DNA from: Candidatus Roizmanbacteria bacterium CG_4_9_14_0_2_um_filter_38_17
GTDB taxonomy: Bacteria > Patescibacteriota > Microgenomatia > GCA-00278855
DNA: 59,857 bases
Reading direction: 5' to 3'
NCBI GenBank assembly: GCA_002788855.1
Contig: PFSB01000009.1
Location: forward strand, 1-59,857
Shown one piece after another: positions 16,572-27,597 of this stretch (position 1 is its first letter; the number at the start of each line of letters is the position of its first letter). Below the pieces are notes generated by a model that saw only the letters and a program-made list of their open reading frames with translations, did not search any database and was not told the origin of the DNA. A program made the translations under genes and the position numbers.

Positions 16572-17639
16572 ATGAATAAGATTATATATATATTAATACT
16601 TTTATTTTTGTTTGGTGTATCGGCTTTGCCAGTAGCTGCAGTAACCAAACAGTCTGGATCTATAAAGTTAACCCTAGATGAGCCCCTATATGCTTCAACA
16701 ATAGCTTGGTATCCGGGTTTGGTAGTATCAAAAACTATCACAGTAAATAATACTAGTGGAGATAAAAAGGAGCTAAGTTTTCAGGCAATAAATACTAGTC
16801 AGACAGGGGCTATGGCTGGCGTGTTGTATTTTAATGTTCAGCAGAATTCTACTAATCTATATGGAGCAAGTAATAGCAAGACATTGCAAAACTTCTGGGA
16901 TGCAGGTGAGGTAAAGATGTTGGACGTCTCTGGCAGTAGTACAACGACTCTTACCATTAACATAGCTATGAATGAGACTGCGGGTAATGAATACCAAGGA
17001 AAACAGGCTTTATTTGATCTGAACATAGGGTTTGTAGGGGAAGCACCCGTTACGGTAACTAGTAGTTCAAATAACACATGTGGTGACTCTAAGCCATCTG
17101 TTCCTGGAACGCTAACCGGGGCGGTTGGACCTGAAGATGGTCAAGTTACTCTAAGCTGGGGAAAACCTACAGGAAATTTTACTTATTTCCTATTAGCATA
17201 TAGCGACAGCTCCAGTTTTCCTCCTAAATGGGGGAATCCAAATATTGGAAAAGATGTAGTATATGTTGTTTCTGGTTTGGGCACAGGAGATTACTATTTT
17301 TGGGTAAGAGCAGGGAATGGATGTATGCCAGGTGATTTTGTGGGACCAACTGCTGTGACAATCTCTTCTGGAGCTCCCGGATCTATTGTTGGGCAACCGG
17401 CTTCTGGTTTTGCTCCTGGAGTGTTAGGAGAGACAACTGAGAATGAAGCGCCTAATTTAGTTTTAAAAGAAACTAAAAAAGAGAATAACAAAGGAGAAGT
17501 TAGAGGATCAGAGATAAAAGATATATTTAATGATTTTGAGGAAGATGGCAAATCTTTTAACTGGGTTTCCCCTTTAACAATAGGTGGCCTTATCCTGTTA
17601 GGAATCATACTGGGCTATTTCTATCTTCGGAAGGATTAA
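16572..17639 (+). CDS. Secreted TasA-like/Fn3-like protein with a C-terminal TM anchor
   Basis: The start is taken at MNKIIYILILLFLFGVSALPVAA (a signal peptide); the track's upstream start at 16527 overlaps the previous gene. It shares the NETAGNEYQGKQALFDL motif with the first gene. The C-terminus is VSPLTIGGLILLGIILGYFYLRKD. Confidence 0.7.
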   Translation: MNKIIYILILLFLFGVSALPVAAVTKQSGSIKLTLDEPLYASTIAWYPGLVVSKTITVNNTSGDKKELSFQAINTSQTGAMAGVLYFNVQQNSTNLYGASNSKTLQNFWDAGEVKMLDVSGSSTTTLTINIAMNETAGNEYQGKQALFDLNIGFVGEAPVTVTSSSNNTCGDSKPSVPGTLTGAVGPEDGQVTLSWGKPTGNFTYFLLAYSDSSSFPPKWGNPNIGKDVVYVVSGLGTGDYYFWVRAGNGCMPGDFVGPTAVTISSGAPGSIVGQPASGFAPGVLGETTENEAPNLVLKETKKENNKGEVRGSEIKDIFNDFEEDGKSFNWVSPLTIGGLILLGIILGYFYLRKD

Positions 17640-17653
17640 CGAGTTTTTTATTT

Positions 17654-17679
17654 AACACCCGGTGTTAACACCGGGTGTT
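17654..17679 (+). terminator. Perfect 13+13 inverted repeat after the TasA-like operon (candidate terminator)
   Basis: AACACCCGGTGTT AACACCGGGTGTT lies 15 nt after the stop codon. There is no clear T-tract downstream. Confidence 0.4.
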
Positions 17680-17717
17680 GGTAGATTAAATTAATAGATC
17701 TGTTAAAATAACTTTGT

Positions 17718-18111
17718 ATGGTTGTACGAAAAACTGTTCAGATTGGTGACCCTAGGTTGAAGGCAAAAAATGTTGAAATTAAGGATTTTTCTGGTAAAAA
17801 ACTTGAAGCACTTATTCAGGATTTAACAGATACAATGCATGATGCAGATCTTATTGGAATTGCTGCTTGCCAGGGTTGAAGTGCTAGATATTAACTGTAA
17901 GAAATTTAGTTTTATAGCTGACGGTATTTTGGGGAGAGTTATTCAGTATGAAGTAGATCATGTAAATGGAATAGAGTTTCTAGCAAAAGTAGTAGACCAG
18001 AGCAAAATGTTGACACTTGAGCAATATTTAGAACAGATTATTAAACCAGATCCAAAATATAATGAGGTTTTGAAGATTGCAATTAAAGAAATTAGGTATC
18101 TATCATATTAA
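17718..18111 (+). pseudogene. def: Peptide deformylase remnant (frameshift plus internal deletion)
   Basis: The ATG at 17718 gives MVVRKTVQIGDPRLKAKN...DADLIGIAACQG, which is Def-like with motif 1 G(I/L)AAxQ, then stops at TGA 17877-17879. ORF 17839..18111, in another frame, continues with ADGILGRVIQYEVDHVNGIEFL. That is motif 3 with the HExxH first His replaced by Tyr. The EGCLS motif 2 is absent. Confidence 0.6.
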
Positions 18112-18127
18112 AGGCCTTGCCTTTAAT
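18107..18127. repeat. Family B REP hairpin (B1)
   Basis: ATTAAAGGC-CTT-GCCTTTAAT (9-bp stem, 3-nt loop). It overlaps the last codons of the def remnant. Confidence 0.85.
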
Positions 18128-18283
18128 ATGATTATAACTTGGTTATGTAAGTTTGATCAATTATCAATTATTTCACTAGATTTACAAGACTAATAGTAGA
18201 ATCTTTAAGCGCATGACGAATAACATATACACTTTTCATGCTTTGATTATATATCAATAGCCTTGCGAGAGTCTTGCGCTTTT

Positions 18284-18304
18284 ATTAAAGGCAAGGCCTT
18301 TAAT
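18284..18304. repeat. Family B REP hairpin (B2), inverted relative to B1
   Basis: ATTAAAGGC-AAG-GCCTTTAAT. Confidence 0.85.
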
Positions 18305-18377
18305 AAAGTTTGTGATACAATTCTTTCATGCAATTGAATAAAGATAAAGACTACATGGCATTTACTATAGAACGGCA

Positions 18378-18782
18378 ATGAAAGCAAAGATAAGCATCAT
18401 CACTTTGGGTGTTTCTAACTTTGAAAAATCGCTTCAGTTTTATTCTAAAGGACTTGGATTTAAACCGCATGGCTATAACGAAAAAGATGAATATGTAATG
18501 CTGGAAATGGAAGGAACATATCTTGCATTGTGTCCCAAAGACATGCTCATTAAAGATGTTACATTGCCGATCATCGATCCTGGTCTTTCTCCCATAACTC
18601 TTGCTCATAATGTTGTTTCAAAAGAAGAAGTGGATAGGGTATATAAAGAAGCACTTAATGCTGGTGCAAAACTAATCAAAAAGCCACAAGATGTCTTCTG
18701 GGGAGGCTATTCAGGATATTTTGCAGATCCTGATGGGTATCTCTGGGAAGTAGCATATAACCCTTTTACTGATTTAAGTTAA
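18378..18782 (+). CDS. VOC (glyoxalase/bleomycin-resistance) family protein
   Basis: 134 aa. ISIITLGVSNFEKSLQFY...GGYSGYFADPDGYLWEVAYNP is typical of the VOC fold. Confidence 0.75.
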   Translation: MKAKISIITLGVSNFEKSLQFYSKGLGFKPHGYNEKDEYVMLEMEGTYLALCPKDMLIKDVTLPIIDPGLSPITLAHNVVSKEEVDRVYKEALNAGAKLIKKPQDVFWGGYSGYFADPDGYLWEVAYNPFTDLS

Positions 18783-18841
18783 GGCTTGATTATGTCCTTT
18801 TCTAATTGTATTATGTTTTTTGGATGTTGATATAATATAAT

Positions 18842-20224
18842 ATGAGCAAACTGGTATCTACAAATCCATCTAGGAATTATGAAGTGATTGGTGAGGTTGA
18901 AATATCATCTAAGCTTGAGATTAGAGAAGCAGCTGCGCTTGCACAAGTTGCGAAACTGCAATGGAAAGAAACTCCACTATCTGAGCGAATAACTATTCTA
19001 CGGAGTGTATTTGATTTATTTAAGGATAAGAAAAATATTGAAAAGTTAGCCAAGTTGGCTTCTCAAGAAATGGGGATGCCGATCAAAGAATCAAGAGAAG
19101 ACTTTATGTACGGAAATAGAAATCTGGATTGGTATTTAGATCATGCAACGGCGTATCTATCGCCCGAAGTTACATATGAAGATGATAACGAGATTCACGC
19201 TGTTTATCGGGAACCGTACGGAGTAACAGCTGTTATAGTTCCGTGGAATTTTCCTTTTTCTAATTTTGTGTGGCAGTGTGGTCAGAACCTAATTGCTGGT
19301 AATGTGATTGTTTTTAAAGGTTCAGAAGAGGTTCCCTTGTTCAGTAAAGCTCTGGAAGAGATTATGTTAAGTTCTCTTTTACCCAAAGGCGTGTTTAATG
19401 TTATTTATGGAGATGGGAAAGTTGGAGATCAACTAGTACATGAGAATATTGATTTAATTTGCTTTACTGGTAGTACTAATACTGGTAAGTACCTGTATAA
19501 AGTAGCAGCAGAAAAATTTATTCCTGTTGTCATGGAGCTAGGTGGATCGGCTCCTGGTGTAATATTTGAAGATGCGGACATTTCTGGTGTAATTGAAACT
19601 ATTGTTATGAATAGATTTATGAATTGCGGACAGATATGTGATGGTCTTAAAAGGTTAATAGTACACAAAAATGTATATTCTCAAGTTCTTAAGCAATTAA
19701 AAGAAATTTTTGAGAATAATATAATTGGAGAAGCCGAATCTGATAAAACCCAAATGGGTCCACTTGTTTCTCAAAGACAATTAGACTTGCTTGAAGAGCA
19801 AGTGGGGGATGCCCTTTCTAAGGGAGCAAAGGTAGAAATTGGTGGGAAAATACCTAAGAGATTAAAGGGTGCTTATTATGAACCAACTTTGTTAACCAAT
19901 GTTAAGCAAAATATGCGAGTATGGACGGAAGAAGTGTTTGGACCTGTATTGCCAATCGTTACTTTTGAAACAGAAGAAGAGGCAGTAGAATTAGCAAACG
20001 ATACAAAGTATGGTTTGGGGTCTTATGTATTTACGTCTGATAAAGAAAGATTTCAACGAGTAGCTATGAAACTTCAAGCGGGTATGGTTAGCTTGAATAA
20101 CACGAGCTATGTTATGGCATGCAACCCATTTGGAGGGTATAAGGAGTCAGGATTAGGCAGAGAGCATGGATCATATGGGTTTCATGATATTACCCAAGTC
20201 AAAGTTGTTTCCAGAGAAAAATAA
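18842..20224 (+). CDS. NAD(P)-dependent aldehyde dehydrogenase
   Basis: 460 aa. VPWNFPF, FTGSTNTGK, the MELGGSAP glutamate motif and the catalytic Cys in NCGQICDG. Confidence 0.9.
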   Translation: MSKLVSTNPSRNYEVIGEVEISSKLEIREAAALAQVAKLQWKETPLSERITILRSVFDLFKDKKNIEKLAKLASQEMGMPIKESREDFMYGNRNLDWYLDHATAYLSPEVTYEDDNEIHAVYREPYGVTAVIVPWNFPFSNFVWQCGQNLIAGNVIVFKGSEEVPLFSKALEEIMLSSLLPKGVFNVIYGDGKVGDQLVHENIDLICFTGSTNTGKYLYKVAAEKFIPVVMELGGSAPGVIFEDADISGVIETIVMNRFMNCGQICDGLKRLIVHKNVYSQVLKQLKEIFENNIIGEAESDKTQMGPLVSQRQLDLLEEQVGDALSKGAKVEIGGKIPKRLKGAYYEPTLLTNVKQNMRVWTEEVFGPVLPIVTFETEEEAVELANDTKYGLGSYVFTSDKERFQRVAMKLQAGMVSLNNTSYVMACNPFGGYKESGLGREHGSYGFHDITQVKVVSREK

Positions 20225-20247
20225 AACTATCTGCATGATGTATAGTT

Positions 20248-21732
20248 TCATACTTTCTCAGTAACTCTATACTCCAGACGTTTACCAAGCATTAATCTGG
20301 TGTGGGCGTCAAGGCCTGGGAGAGCGGAAAGGAAGAAGGAAACTACTGGTAAGCTAAGCCATTGTACAAAAAGAAAAGGAACTTTCCAGCGAGGGAAATG
20401 AGCTGGTCTTTTGGGTCTGGTTTTGGTATCTACAATTATTACGATTAAAAGTAAAACTGCACTTATAGTTAGAATAAATGAGGATATCTGAGAGAGATTA
20501 TGACCTAGTACTGTACGAGCAAAATATGGGTTAACTAGAGTTGGAAGAGTACTTCCTAGTGTTAGGATAAACCAGTTTGTAGGCCAGATAATATGAGTTT
20601 CCAGTACATAAAGAAGACGAGTGGTGCGGTCAATAATACTTATCTCTGGATGAAGAAAATAGTTTCTGATAACGTTTGGTAAATCTGACACTCCCCAAGC
20701 CCAGCGTTTTTGTTGCTCGTATTGGTTGATAAGTGTTTTTTTGAGCGTGGATGACTGTGCAGCTTGGACTAATGTTGGCAAGAAGATAGGTATTGCACGC
20801 ACCTTTTCACCCTTAGCAAAATAGGTCTTGAAGAAGAGGTGATAGTCTTCGGGAATAATATCAACAGACCAGAAGCCAACTTCGGCAACAGTTTTGAGCG
20901 AAAGGCTGTAGGTTGAATAATTAATAAGTCTTTTACCTTGTTTCAGCAGTGATAAGGAGAACATGCTTCCAATTGTGTTAATAACACGAATAGGAAGCGG
21001 CACTTCCCAGATATTAGAATAATACATAATACCTGTCTGATAAAAATGATAATCTCGGTCTAAATCGGTTAGAAACTTGTATGTTAAGTAGGAATAATAG
21101 GAAGGATGTAGTTGGGCATCAGCATCTGCTGAGGTGACAGTTGTTAAGCTTTCATCCCAGCCTAGCTGTTTACACTTTTTATGTGCGAAGCGACCAGCAA
21201 AGGCCATATTAGATGATTTTCCGGCAATTTCCCCAGGGAGTATAGAATGTTTTGTAATCCAGAAATTTCCAAACTTATGCCCGTATTTTTGCTTAAGAAG
21301 GTTGCCGATCTCTTCAACCTCTTTATCTCTACTTTCAGTGGCTAGGATGATTGAAATATATTTAAGAGGAAATGTCTGCTTTGTTAAGTTGCTTATAGTT
21401 TGCTCAAGAATACTATATGGCTCCTTGTATTCGGGGATAATAATTACATGGTTAATGTCCTGCCAGTTTGCAACTGATTTTGCCTCTTTAAACCAATCTA
21501 TGCGTCCATGCGCCACCATTGTTAGGTACGAGCGAATTGCATAGTATGCGAGAGTAGCCGATTTAAAGAACCAATAGATATCGAAAGTGATAATAAAGTA
21601 AGCTACCACAGCTGGATGCCAAAATGATAACCATAAAGGAAAAGTTATGAGAAGCCATGAAAAAGCTGGAATGATAATTTCTATAAATCTTTGAGTTTTA
21701 ACTGGGTAACGTCTAAATATTCGCTGTACCAT
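20248..21732 (-). CDS. Membrane-embedded processive family 2 glycosyltransferase (cellulose/chitin-synthase-like)
   Basis: 494 aa. N- and C-terminal TM helices, IIPEYKEP, TSADADAQ, and the QQKRWAWG (QxxRW) motif. Confidence 0.75.
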   Translation of the reverse strand: MVQRIFRRYPVKTQRFIEIIIPAFSWLLITFPLWLSFWHPAVVAYFIITFDIYWFFKSATLAYYAIRSYLTMVAHGRIDWFKEAKSVANWQDINHVIIIPEYKEPYSILEQTISNLTKQTFPLKYISIILATESRDKEVEEIGNLLKQKYGHKFGNFWITKHSILPGEIAGKSSNMAFAGRFAHKKCKQLGWDESLTTVTSADADAQLHPSYYSYLTYKFLTDLDRDYHFYQTGIMYYSNIWEVPLPIRVINTIGSMFSLSLLKQGKRLINYSTYSLSLKTVAEVGFWSVDIIPEDYHLFFKTYFAKGEKVRAIPIFLPTLVQAAQSSTLKKTLINQYEQQKRWAWGVSDLPNVIRNYFLHPEISIIDRTTRLLYVLETHIIWPTNWFILTLGSTLPTLVNPYFARTVLGHNLSQISSFILTISAVLLLIVIIVDTKTRPKRPAHFPRWKVPFLFVQWLSLPVVSFFLSALPGLDAHTRLMLGKRLEYRVTEKV

Positions 21733-21734
21733 AA

Positions 21735-23159
21735 TTACTCTAATCGTGGAAATAGTACTCCCCCTTTTGTTATTGTGCCTGACAGTTGTTTAATAATAGT
21801 ATTTGCTGTGCTAGGTAAGAATGGCTTAAGGTTGTAGGCAATAATTTTAATTTCCAGAATTATATCCATTAATGAATTGGATAACTTATCTCCTTCAAGT
21901 TTCCATGGTTTGCGTTTGTCTATTTTTTTATCTAGACTAGTTATCTTGTCATTCCAGATAAATTCTAAAGCTTGATCAAAGCGGTATACTTTGAGATATC
22001 TTTCTACTTCTGGATACAGCTTAAGCTCAATATCACTTATGGATAGCTTGGCTTTGGCCGCTAAAGTGCTCACTCTTGCAACTAAATTACCAAGCCCGTT
22101 GGCCAGATCTGCATTGTATAATTCTTGAAATCTACTACTGCTAAAATCACCATCGCTATAACTAGGAATCTCTCTTAGGAGATAATATCGAAGTGGGTCA
22201 ACTCCATATTTTTTTATAAGCTCAAATGGATCTACAACATTTCCGATAGTTTTACTCATTTTTTGTCCTTCAACGGTAATATATCCGTGAGCAAAGATTT
22301 CTTTAGGTAGTTTCAGCCCAGCAGATAACAAAAATGCTATCCAATAAACTGCGTGGAAACGAATTATTCCTTTGCCAATAACGTGTATATCTGCAGGCCA
22401 CCACTTGCTATATGACTTTTCATCCCAGCCAAATCCAATTCCAGATTGGTAGATGTTTAAGGCGTCAAACCAGACATAAATTCTTTGGCTATCGTCTCCT
22501 GGAACAGGTACTCCCCAGTTTTTAGCTCTTTCGTTTGAACGAGAAATGCTAATATCTTTTAACCCTTGTTTTAGAAATCCGAGTACCTCGTTCTTGCGTG
22601 TTTGAGGAAGGATCTTTAGTTTATCATTAGATATTAGCTCAATTAGTTGTTTTTCATATTTTGAGAGTTTGAAGAAATAATTTTCTTCTTCAACTACTTC
22701 AAGTTCCTTTCCAGGGTGTTCAAAACATTCGCCATTTTCATTGAGTTCGTCTTTATCATAGAAAGTTTCACACCCCACACAGTAGGGGCCTTTGTATGTC
22801 TTGCTATAGATGTCTCCTGCTTTTGCACATAATTCCCATAACTTTTGACTAGAAGGAAAATGTATTTTTGCGTCGCTTCCTTTTTGGAAAATATCGTATT
22901 CAACATTTAGTTTTTTAGCTAAATCTAGAAATACTGCTGTATTTTCATCAACAAATTCCTGCACAGCTTTTCCAACTACTTCTGCAGCTTGTACATTTTT
23001 GAGTGCGTTTTCATCTCCTCCAGAGAGAAACATAACCTCTTGCCCGAGTAATTTATGATAGCGAGCAATTGTGTCTCCTTGTAAGAATTCAAGAGCGTGT
23101 CCGATGTGTGGAGCAGCGTTTACATAAGGAATTGCAGTTGTGACATAATATTTGCTCAT
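21735..23159 (-). CDS. metG: Methionyl-tRNA synthetase
   Basis: 474 aa. HIGH motif APHIGHALE, KMSKT motif QKMSKTIGN, Zn-knuckle CVGCETF. Confidence 0.93.
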   Translation of the reverse strand: MSKYYVTTAIPYVNAAPHIGHALEFLQGDTIARYHKLLGQEVMFLSGGDENALKNVQAAEVVGKAVQEFVDENTAVFLDLAKKLNVEYDIFQKGSDAKIHFPSSQKLWELCAKAGDIYSKTYKGPYCVGCETFYDKDELNENGECFEHPGKELEVVEEENYFFKLSKYEKQLIELISNDKLKILPQTRKNEVLGFLKQGLKDISISRSNERAKNWGVPVPGDDSQRIYVWFDALNIYQSGIGFGWDEKSYSKWWPADIHVIGKGIIRFHAVYWIAFLLSAGLKLPKEIFAHGYITVEGQKMSKTIGNVVDPFELIKKYGVDPLRYYLLREIPSYSDGDFSSSRFQELYNADLANGLGNLVARVSTLAAKAKLSISDIELKLYPEVERYLKVYRFDQALEFIWNDKITSLDKKIDKRKPWKLEGDKLSNSLMDIILEIKIIAYNLKPFLPSTANTIIKQLSGTITKGGVLFPRLE

Positions 23160-23236
23160 TAGCTATATTTTAGCAGACTCTAGCGGAAACACGAGCTTTC
23201 TGGTAAAATTACCCTTCGTTTGTTTAAGTATTAATT

Positions 23237-23722
23237 ATGCCAACAATAAATCAATTAGTTCGCTATGGTCGAAAAACACCTAAGAAAAAGGTTAAGGCAA
23301 CGGCCTTGCGAAAAATGTATAACTCATTAACTCGCAAAACGCGTGAAGTTCCTGCCCCACAAAAGCGAGGCGTGGTGACGTTGGTTAAGACAATGACGCC
23401 AAAAAAACCAAATTCTGCACTTCGCAAAGTAGCTAGAGTACGTCTTTCTAATAGGCAAGAGATTACAGCGTATATTCAAGGTGAAGGACATAATCTTGGT
23501 GAGCACAATGTTGTGCTTGTCCGTGGAGGACGTGTCAAAGATTTACCAGGAGTTAAATATCATTTAGTTCGTGGTACTCAAGATTTGGAAGGTGTGGTTG
23601 GTCGCAAGTCTTCTCGTTCAAAATATGGGACTAAGAAGAGTGGGCAATCTAATGCTGCAGCACCAGCAAGGCAATCTGTACAACCAGCAGCAGATGTTGC
23701 GTCAGCCACGGAGGAAGAATAA
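23237..23722 (+). CDS. rpsL: Ribosomal protein S12 with a low-complexity C-terminal extension
   Basis: [13 protein letters not shown]...[15 protein letters not shown]...[10 protein letters not shown], then an extra ~25-aa Ala/Gln/Ser-rich tail. Confidence 0.95.
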   Translation: MPTINQLVRYGRKTPKKKVKATALRKMYNSLTRKTREVPAPQKRGVVTLVKTMTPKKPNSALRKVARVRLSNRQEITAYIQGEGHNLGEHNVVLVRGGRVKDLPGVKYHLVRGTQDLEGVVGRKSSRSKYGTKKSGQSNAAAPARQSVQPAADVASATEEE

Positions 23723-23725
23723 ATT

Positions 23726-24208
23726 ATGCCAAGATCTAAAAAAGCAAAAATTCGTGAGCCAAAGCCAGACCCTATCTATAATAGCCAGATGGTGACAAGG
23801 CTAGTTAATGCATCAATGAAAAGTGGTAAAAAGAAAGTGGTAGAACGCCACATTTATGCTGCTTTAGAGCTGATTGCCGGCAAAGATAAGCAAAAAGATC
23901 CAATAGTCATACTGGAAGCTGCTATTGAAAACGTAGGTCCAACTAAAAAAGTTCGTCCTCGGAGAGTGGGGGGAGCTTCTTACTTGGTGCCAGTTTCCGT
24001 AAGTGCCAGGCAGCGATTATCTTTAGCAATGCGCTGGATTGTGGGTGCTGCAAATTCTCGATCAGGTCCTGAGAATAGAACATATAAAGCTAAGTTGGTG
24101 GCAGAACTCTTGGATGCAGCAGATAATAAAGGTGGAGCAGTAGAAAAGAAAGAGAATATGCACAAAGTAGCTGAAGCAAACAAAGCATTCGCACATTTCC
24201 GCTGGTAA
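23726..24208 (+). CDS. rpsG: Ribosomal protein S7
   Basis: [28 protein letters not shown]...; position in the str operon. Confidence 0.95.
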   Translation: MPRSKKAKIREPKPDPIYNSQMVTRLVNASMKSGKKKVVERHIYAALELIAGKDKQKDPIVILEAAIENVGPTKKVRPRRVGGASYLVPVSVSARQRLSLAMRWIVGAANSRSGPENRTYKAKLVAELLDAADNKGGAVEKKENMHKVAEANKAFAHFRW

Positions 24209-24212
24209 GGCC

Positions 24213-26300
24213 ATGGCAGACAAGAATACACGCGATTTTCCGTTAGATAGAGTTCGAAATATTGGAGTTATTGCCCATATTGATGCGGGTAAAACTACAA
24301 CAACTGAGAGAATTCTGTATTACACTGGTAAAACCTATAAAATTGGCGAAGTCCATGAAGGCGCAGCTGTCATGGACTGGATGGTGCAAGAGCAAGAGCG
24401 AGGAATCACTATTACCTCTGCTGCTACAACAACATTTTGGAAAAATGTACGTATTAATATTATAGATACCCCAGGACACGTTGATTTCACAGCTGAAGTT
24501 GAGCGCTCGCTTCGCGTATTGGATGGAGCGGTAACTGTATTAGACGCTGAAGAAGGAGTTCAGAGTCAGTCAGAGACTGTCTGGAATCAGGCTAATAAAT
24601 ATAAAGTTCCTCGAGTTTGTTTTATTAATAAAATGGACAAAGTTGGAGCAGACTTTTTTGCAACAGTCCAGGATATTATTGATCGTTTGGGGGCAAATCC
24701 AGCGATTGTAATGTTGCCAATTGGAGCAGAAAATGACTTTAAAGGGATGGTTAATTTATTAGAGGAAAAAGCTTTGATCTGGTCTGGAAGTGATATGGAT
24801 GCAAGTTACGAAGAGGTAGATATCCCCACAGATATGCAAGAGCTGGTAGAGAAGTATCGCAAGATACTTATTGAGCAGGTAGCCGAAACAGACGACACTT
24901 TAACGGAGAAGTTTCTTAATGGAGAAGAAATAAGTAAGGAAGATATAAAAAGTGCACTAAGAAAAGCTACTATAGCTTATAAATTAGTTCCTATTTACTG
25001 CGGATCTTCCCTTAAAAATAAAGGCATCCAACCTCTACTTGATGCTGTAATAGATTATCTTCCTTCACCACAAGATGTACCACCGATGGAAGGTAAAGAT
25101 CCGCAAACGGGAGTAAGTGTTGTGCGTAAACCAAGTAAGGATGAGCCATTTTCTGCCTTAGTGTTTAAGATTCAACTGGATCCACATGTTGGGCAACTTG
25201 CTTACGCTCGGATTTACTCAGGAAAATTGGAATCAGGCTCATACATTAATAATGTTACCAAAGATAAGCAAGAAAGAGTGGGACGCATATTACTCATGCA
25301 TGCAAATACTAGAGAAGACGTGAAAGAGGCATTTGCGGGTGAAATAGTGGCGTTAGTAGGCTTAAAAAATGCTAGTACAGGCGATACATTAACGGATAAA
25401 GATCATCAGATATTACTAGAGACAATTTCTTTTCCAGAAACAGTAATTTCTTTAGCAATTGAGCCAAAGACTAAACAAGATCAGGAAAAAATGTCACAGG
25501 CGCTCCGTAGATTAATGGATGAAGATCCAACATTTGGAGTTAAAACTGATGAAGATACTGGTCAGACGATAATATCGGGTATGGGCGAATTGCATTTGGA
25601 GGTTTTGGTTGATCGTATGAAACGAGAGTTTAATGTCGAAGCGAATGTTGGTAAACCACAAGTTTCGTATAAAGAGACAATTAGAGAAAAAGCTCAAGCA
25701 GAAGGAAAGTATATTAAGCAGTCTGGTGGACGAGGGCAATATGGGCATTGTTTTATACGTATTGAACCTCAGGAACGAGGTACAGGGTTTGTTTTTGAAA
25801 ATAAGATAAAAGGTGGAGCAATTCCTAAAGAGTTTGTACCAGCTATTGAAAAAGGAATTAAAGAAGCTGCGGAAAGAGGAATTGTAGCAGGATATCCAAT
25901 GGTAGATATTAAAATTGAGCTATATGATGGAACTTATCATGATGTTGACTCGTCCGAAGTAGCCTTTAAGATTGCTGGTTCAATGGCATTTCAATCTGCA
26001 GCAAAACAGGCAGATCCTACACTAACAGAGCCAATTATGAAGGTAGAGGTAACAACACCGCCAGATTTTGTGGGAGATGTAATTGGAGACCTATCAGCAA
26101 AACGTGCCCAGATTCAAGGAACTGTAACTCGTGGAAAAGCTCAAATTATTACAGCTTTAGTTCCTTTGGCTGAATTACCAGGGTATTCAACAATATTGCG
26201 GTCAATGACTCAAGGGAGAGCTACTTATTATATGGAACCTAGTCATTATGAAGAAGTGCCAAGAAATATTCAAGAAAAGATTGTTGAGAGCAGATCTTGA
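24213..26300 (+). CDS. fusA: Elongation factor G
   Basis: 695 aa. G1 [27 protein letters not shown]. Confidence 0.97.
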   Translation: MADKNTRDFPLDRVRNIGVIAHIDAGKTTTTERILYYTGKTYKIGEVHEGAAVMDWMVQEQERGITITSAATTTFWKNVRINIIDTPGHVDFTAEVERSLRVLDGAVTVLDAEEGVQSQSETVWNQANKYKVPRVCFINKMDKVGADFFATVQDIIDRLGANPAIVMLPIGAENDFKGMVNLLEEKALIWSGSDMDASYEEVDIPTDMQELVEKYRKILIEQVAETDDTLTEKFLNGEEISKEDIKSALRKATIAYKLVPIYCGSSLKNKGIQPLLDAVIDYLPSPQDVPPMEGKDPQTGVSVVRKPSKDEPFSALVFKIQLDPHVGQLAYARIYSGKLESGSYINNVTKDKQERVGRILLMHANTREDVKEAFAGEIVALVGLKNASTGDTLTDKDHQILLETISFPETVISLAIEPKTKQDQEKMSQALRRLMDEDPTFGVKTDEDTGQTIISGMGELHLEVLVDRMKREFNVEANVGKPQVSYKETIREKAQAEGKYIKQSGGRGQYGHCFIRIEPQERGTGFVFENKIKGGAIPKEFVPAIEKGIKEAAERGIVAGYPMVDIKIELYDGTYHDVDSSEVAFKIAGSMAFQSAAKQADPTLTEPIMKVEVTTPPDFVGDVIGDLSAKRAQIQGTVTRGKAQIITALVPLAELPGYSTILRSMTQGRATYYMEPSHYEEVPRNIQEKIVESRS

Positions 26301-26363
26301 CAGTATCTGTAGTTGTGGTATTATTCTTGCATAAATTTCTTTCATTAAAGAAAATATAAAAAA

Positions 26364-27551
26364 ATGGCAGATTCAAAAAAATACGAGCGCACTAAGCCTC
26401 ATGTAAATATCGGAACTATCGGACACGTGGATCACGGCAAGACCACTTTAACTGCGGCTATTACTAACTACCTTGCTACTAAAGGTCAAGCTTCTGCGAT
26501 GAAGTTTGAGGATATTGACAATGCTCCCGAAGAGAGAGAAAGAGGAGTTACAATAAACATTTCCCACGTTGAATACGAAACGGCAAAGCGTCACTATGCT
26601 CATATAGATGCACCAGGACATGCTGACTACATCAAGAACATGATCACTGGCGCAGCTCAGATGGACGGCGCAATTTTGGTTGTGTCTGCTCCAGATGGAC
26701 CCATGCCACAAACCACAGAACACATTCTACTTGCGCGTCAAGTTAATGTGCCTGCGATTGTTGTGTTCATGAACAAGGTAGATATGGTTGATGACGAAGA
26801 ATTGCTTGATCTAGTTGAGATTGAAGTTCGTGAGCTTTTAAATAAATACAAATACCCAGGTAACGACGTGCCAATTATTCGTGGCTCAGCTCTTAAAGCG
26901 CTTGAAGGTGACGCCGAAGCACAAAAGGGAATTGAGAAGCTAATGGATGCAGTAGATGAGTATATTCCTGAACCTAAACGTGAGCTGGATAAGCCATTTT
27001 TAATGCCAATAGAGGACGTTTTCTCAATTAAGGGAAGAGGAACTGTTGTAACAGGACGTATTGAGAGAGGTAAAGTTGATGTAAATGATGAGATTGAGAT
27101 TGTTGGTGTCAAAGACACAGTTAAGACAGTCGTTACAGGAGTAGAAATGTTTAGAAAAACTCTTGACGAAGGTCAAGCGGGAGATAACGTTGGAGTACTC
27201 GTACGAGGACTAGAGAAAAATCAGGTAGAACGTGGTCAAGTATTAGCTAAGCCAGGTTCAATTACTCCTCATACTAAATTTGAGGCAGAGGTCTATGTCT
27301 TAACTAAAGATGAAGGTGGTAGGCATACTCCATTCTTTACAGGTTACAGACCTCAGTTCTACATTAGAACAACAGATGTTACTGGTAACGTAGCTTTACC
27401 AAAAGGAGTTGAAATGGTTATGCCTGGAGATAACGTTACAGTTACTGTCGAATTGATTCAGCCAATTGCAATGGAAGAGGGAGTAAGATTTGCTATCCGC
27501 GAAGGTGGACACACGGTTGGGGCAGGAGTTATTACTAAGGTAGTAGCTTAA
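26364..27551 (+). CDS. tuf: Elongation factor Tu
   Basis: 395 aa. [22 protein letters not shown]. Confidence 0.98.
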   Translation: MADSKKYERTKPHVNIGTIGHVDHGKTTLTAAITNYLATKGQASAMKFEDIDNAPEERERGVTINISHVEYETAKRHYAHIDAPGHADYIKNMITGAAQMDGAILVVSAPDGPMPQTTEHILLARQVNVPAIVVFMNKVDMVDDEELLDLVEIEVRELLNKYKYPGNDVPIIRGSALKALEGDAEAQKGIEKLMDAVDEYIPEPKRELDKPFLMPIEDVFSIKGRGTVVTGRIERGKVDVNDEIEIVGVKDTVKTVVTGVEMFRKTLDEGQAGDNVGVLVRGLEKNQVERGQVLAKPGSITPHTKFEAEVYVLTKDEGGRHTPFFTGYRPQFYIRTTDVTGNVALPKGVEMVMPGDNVTVTVELIQPIAMEEGVRFAIREGGHTVGAGVITKVVA

Positions 27552-27597
27552 GATACACCCATTTGCCCAAAATTTGCACATTTAAAGGTCTTATATT

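Noticed and set aside
23571-23795. 74-aa ORF spanning the rpsL/rpsG junction
   Set aside because: It overlaps two ribosomal protein genes in an alternative frame and has no independent support.
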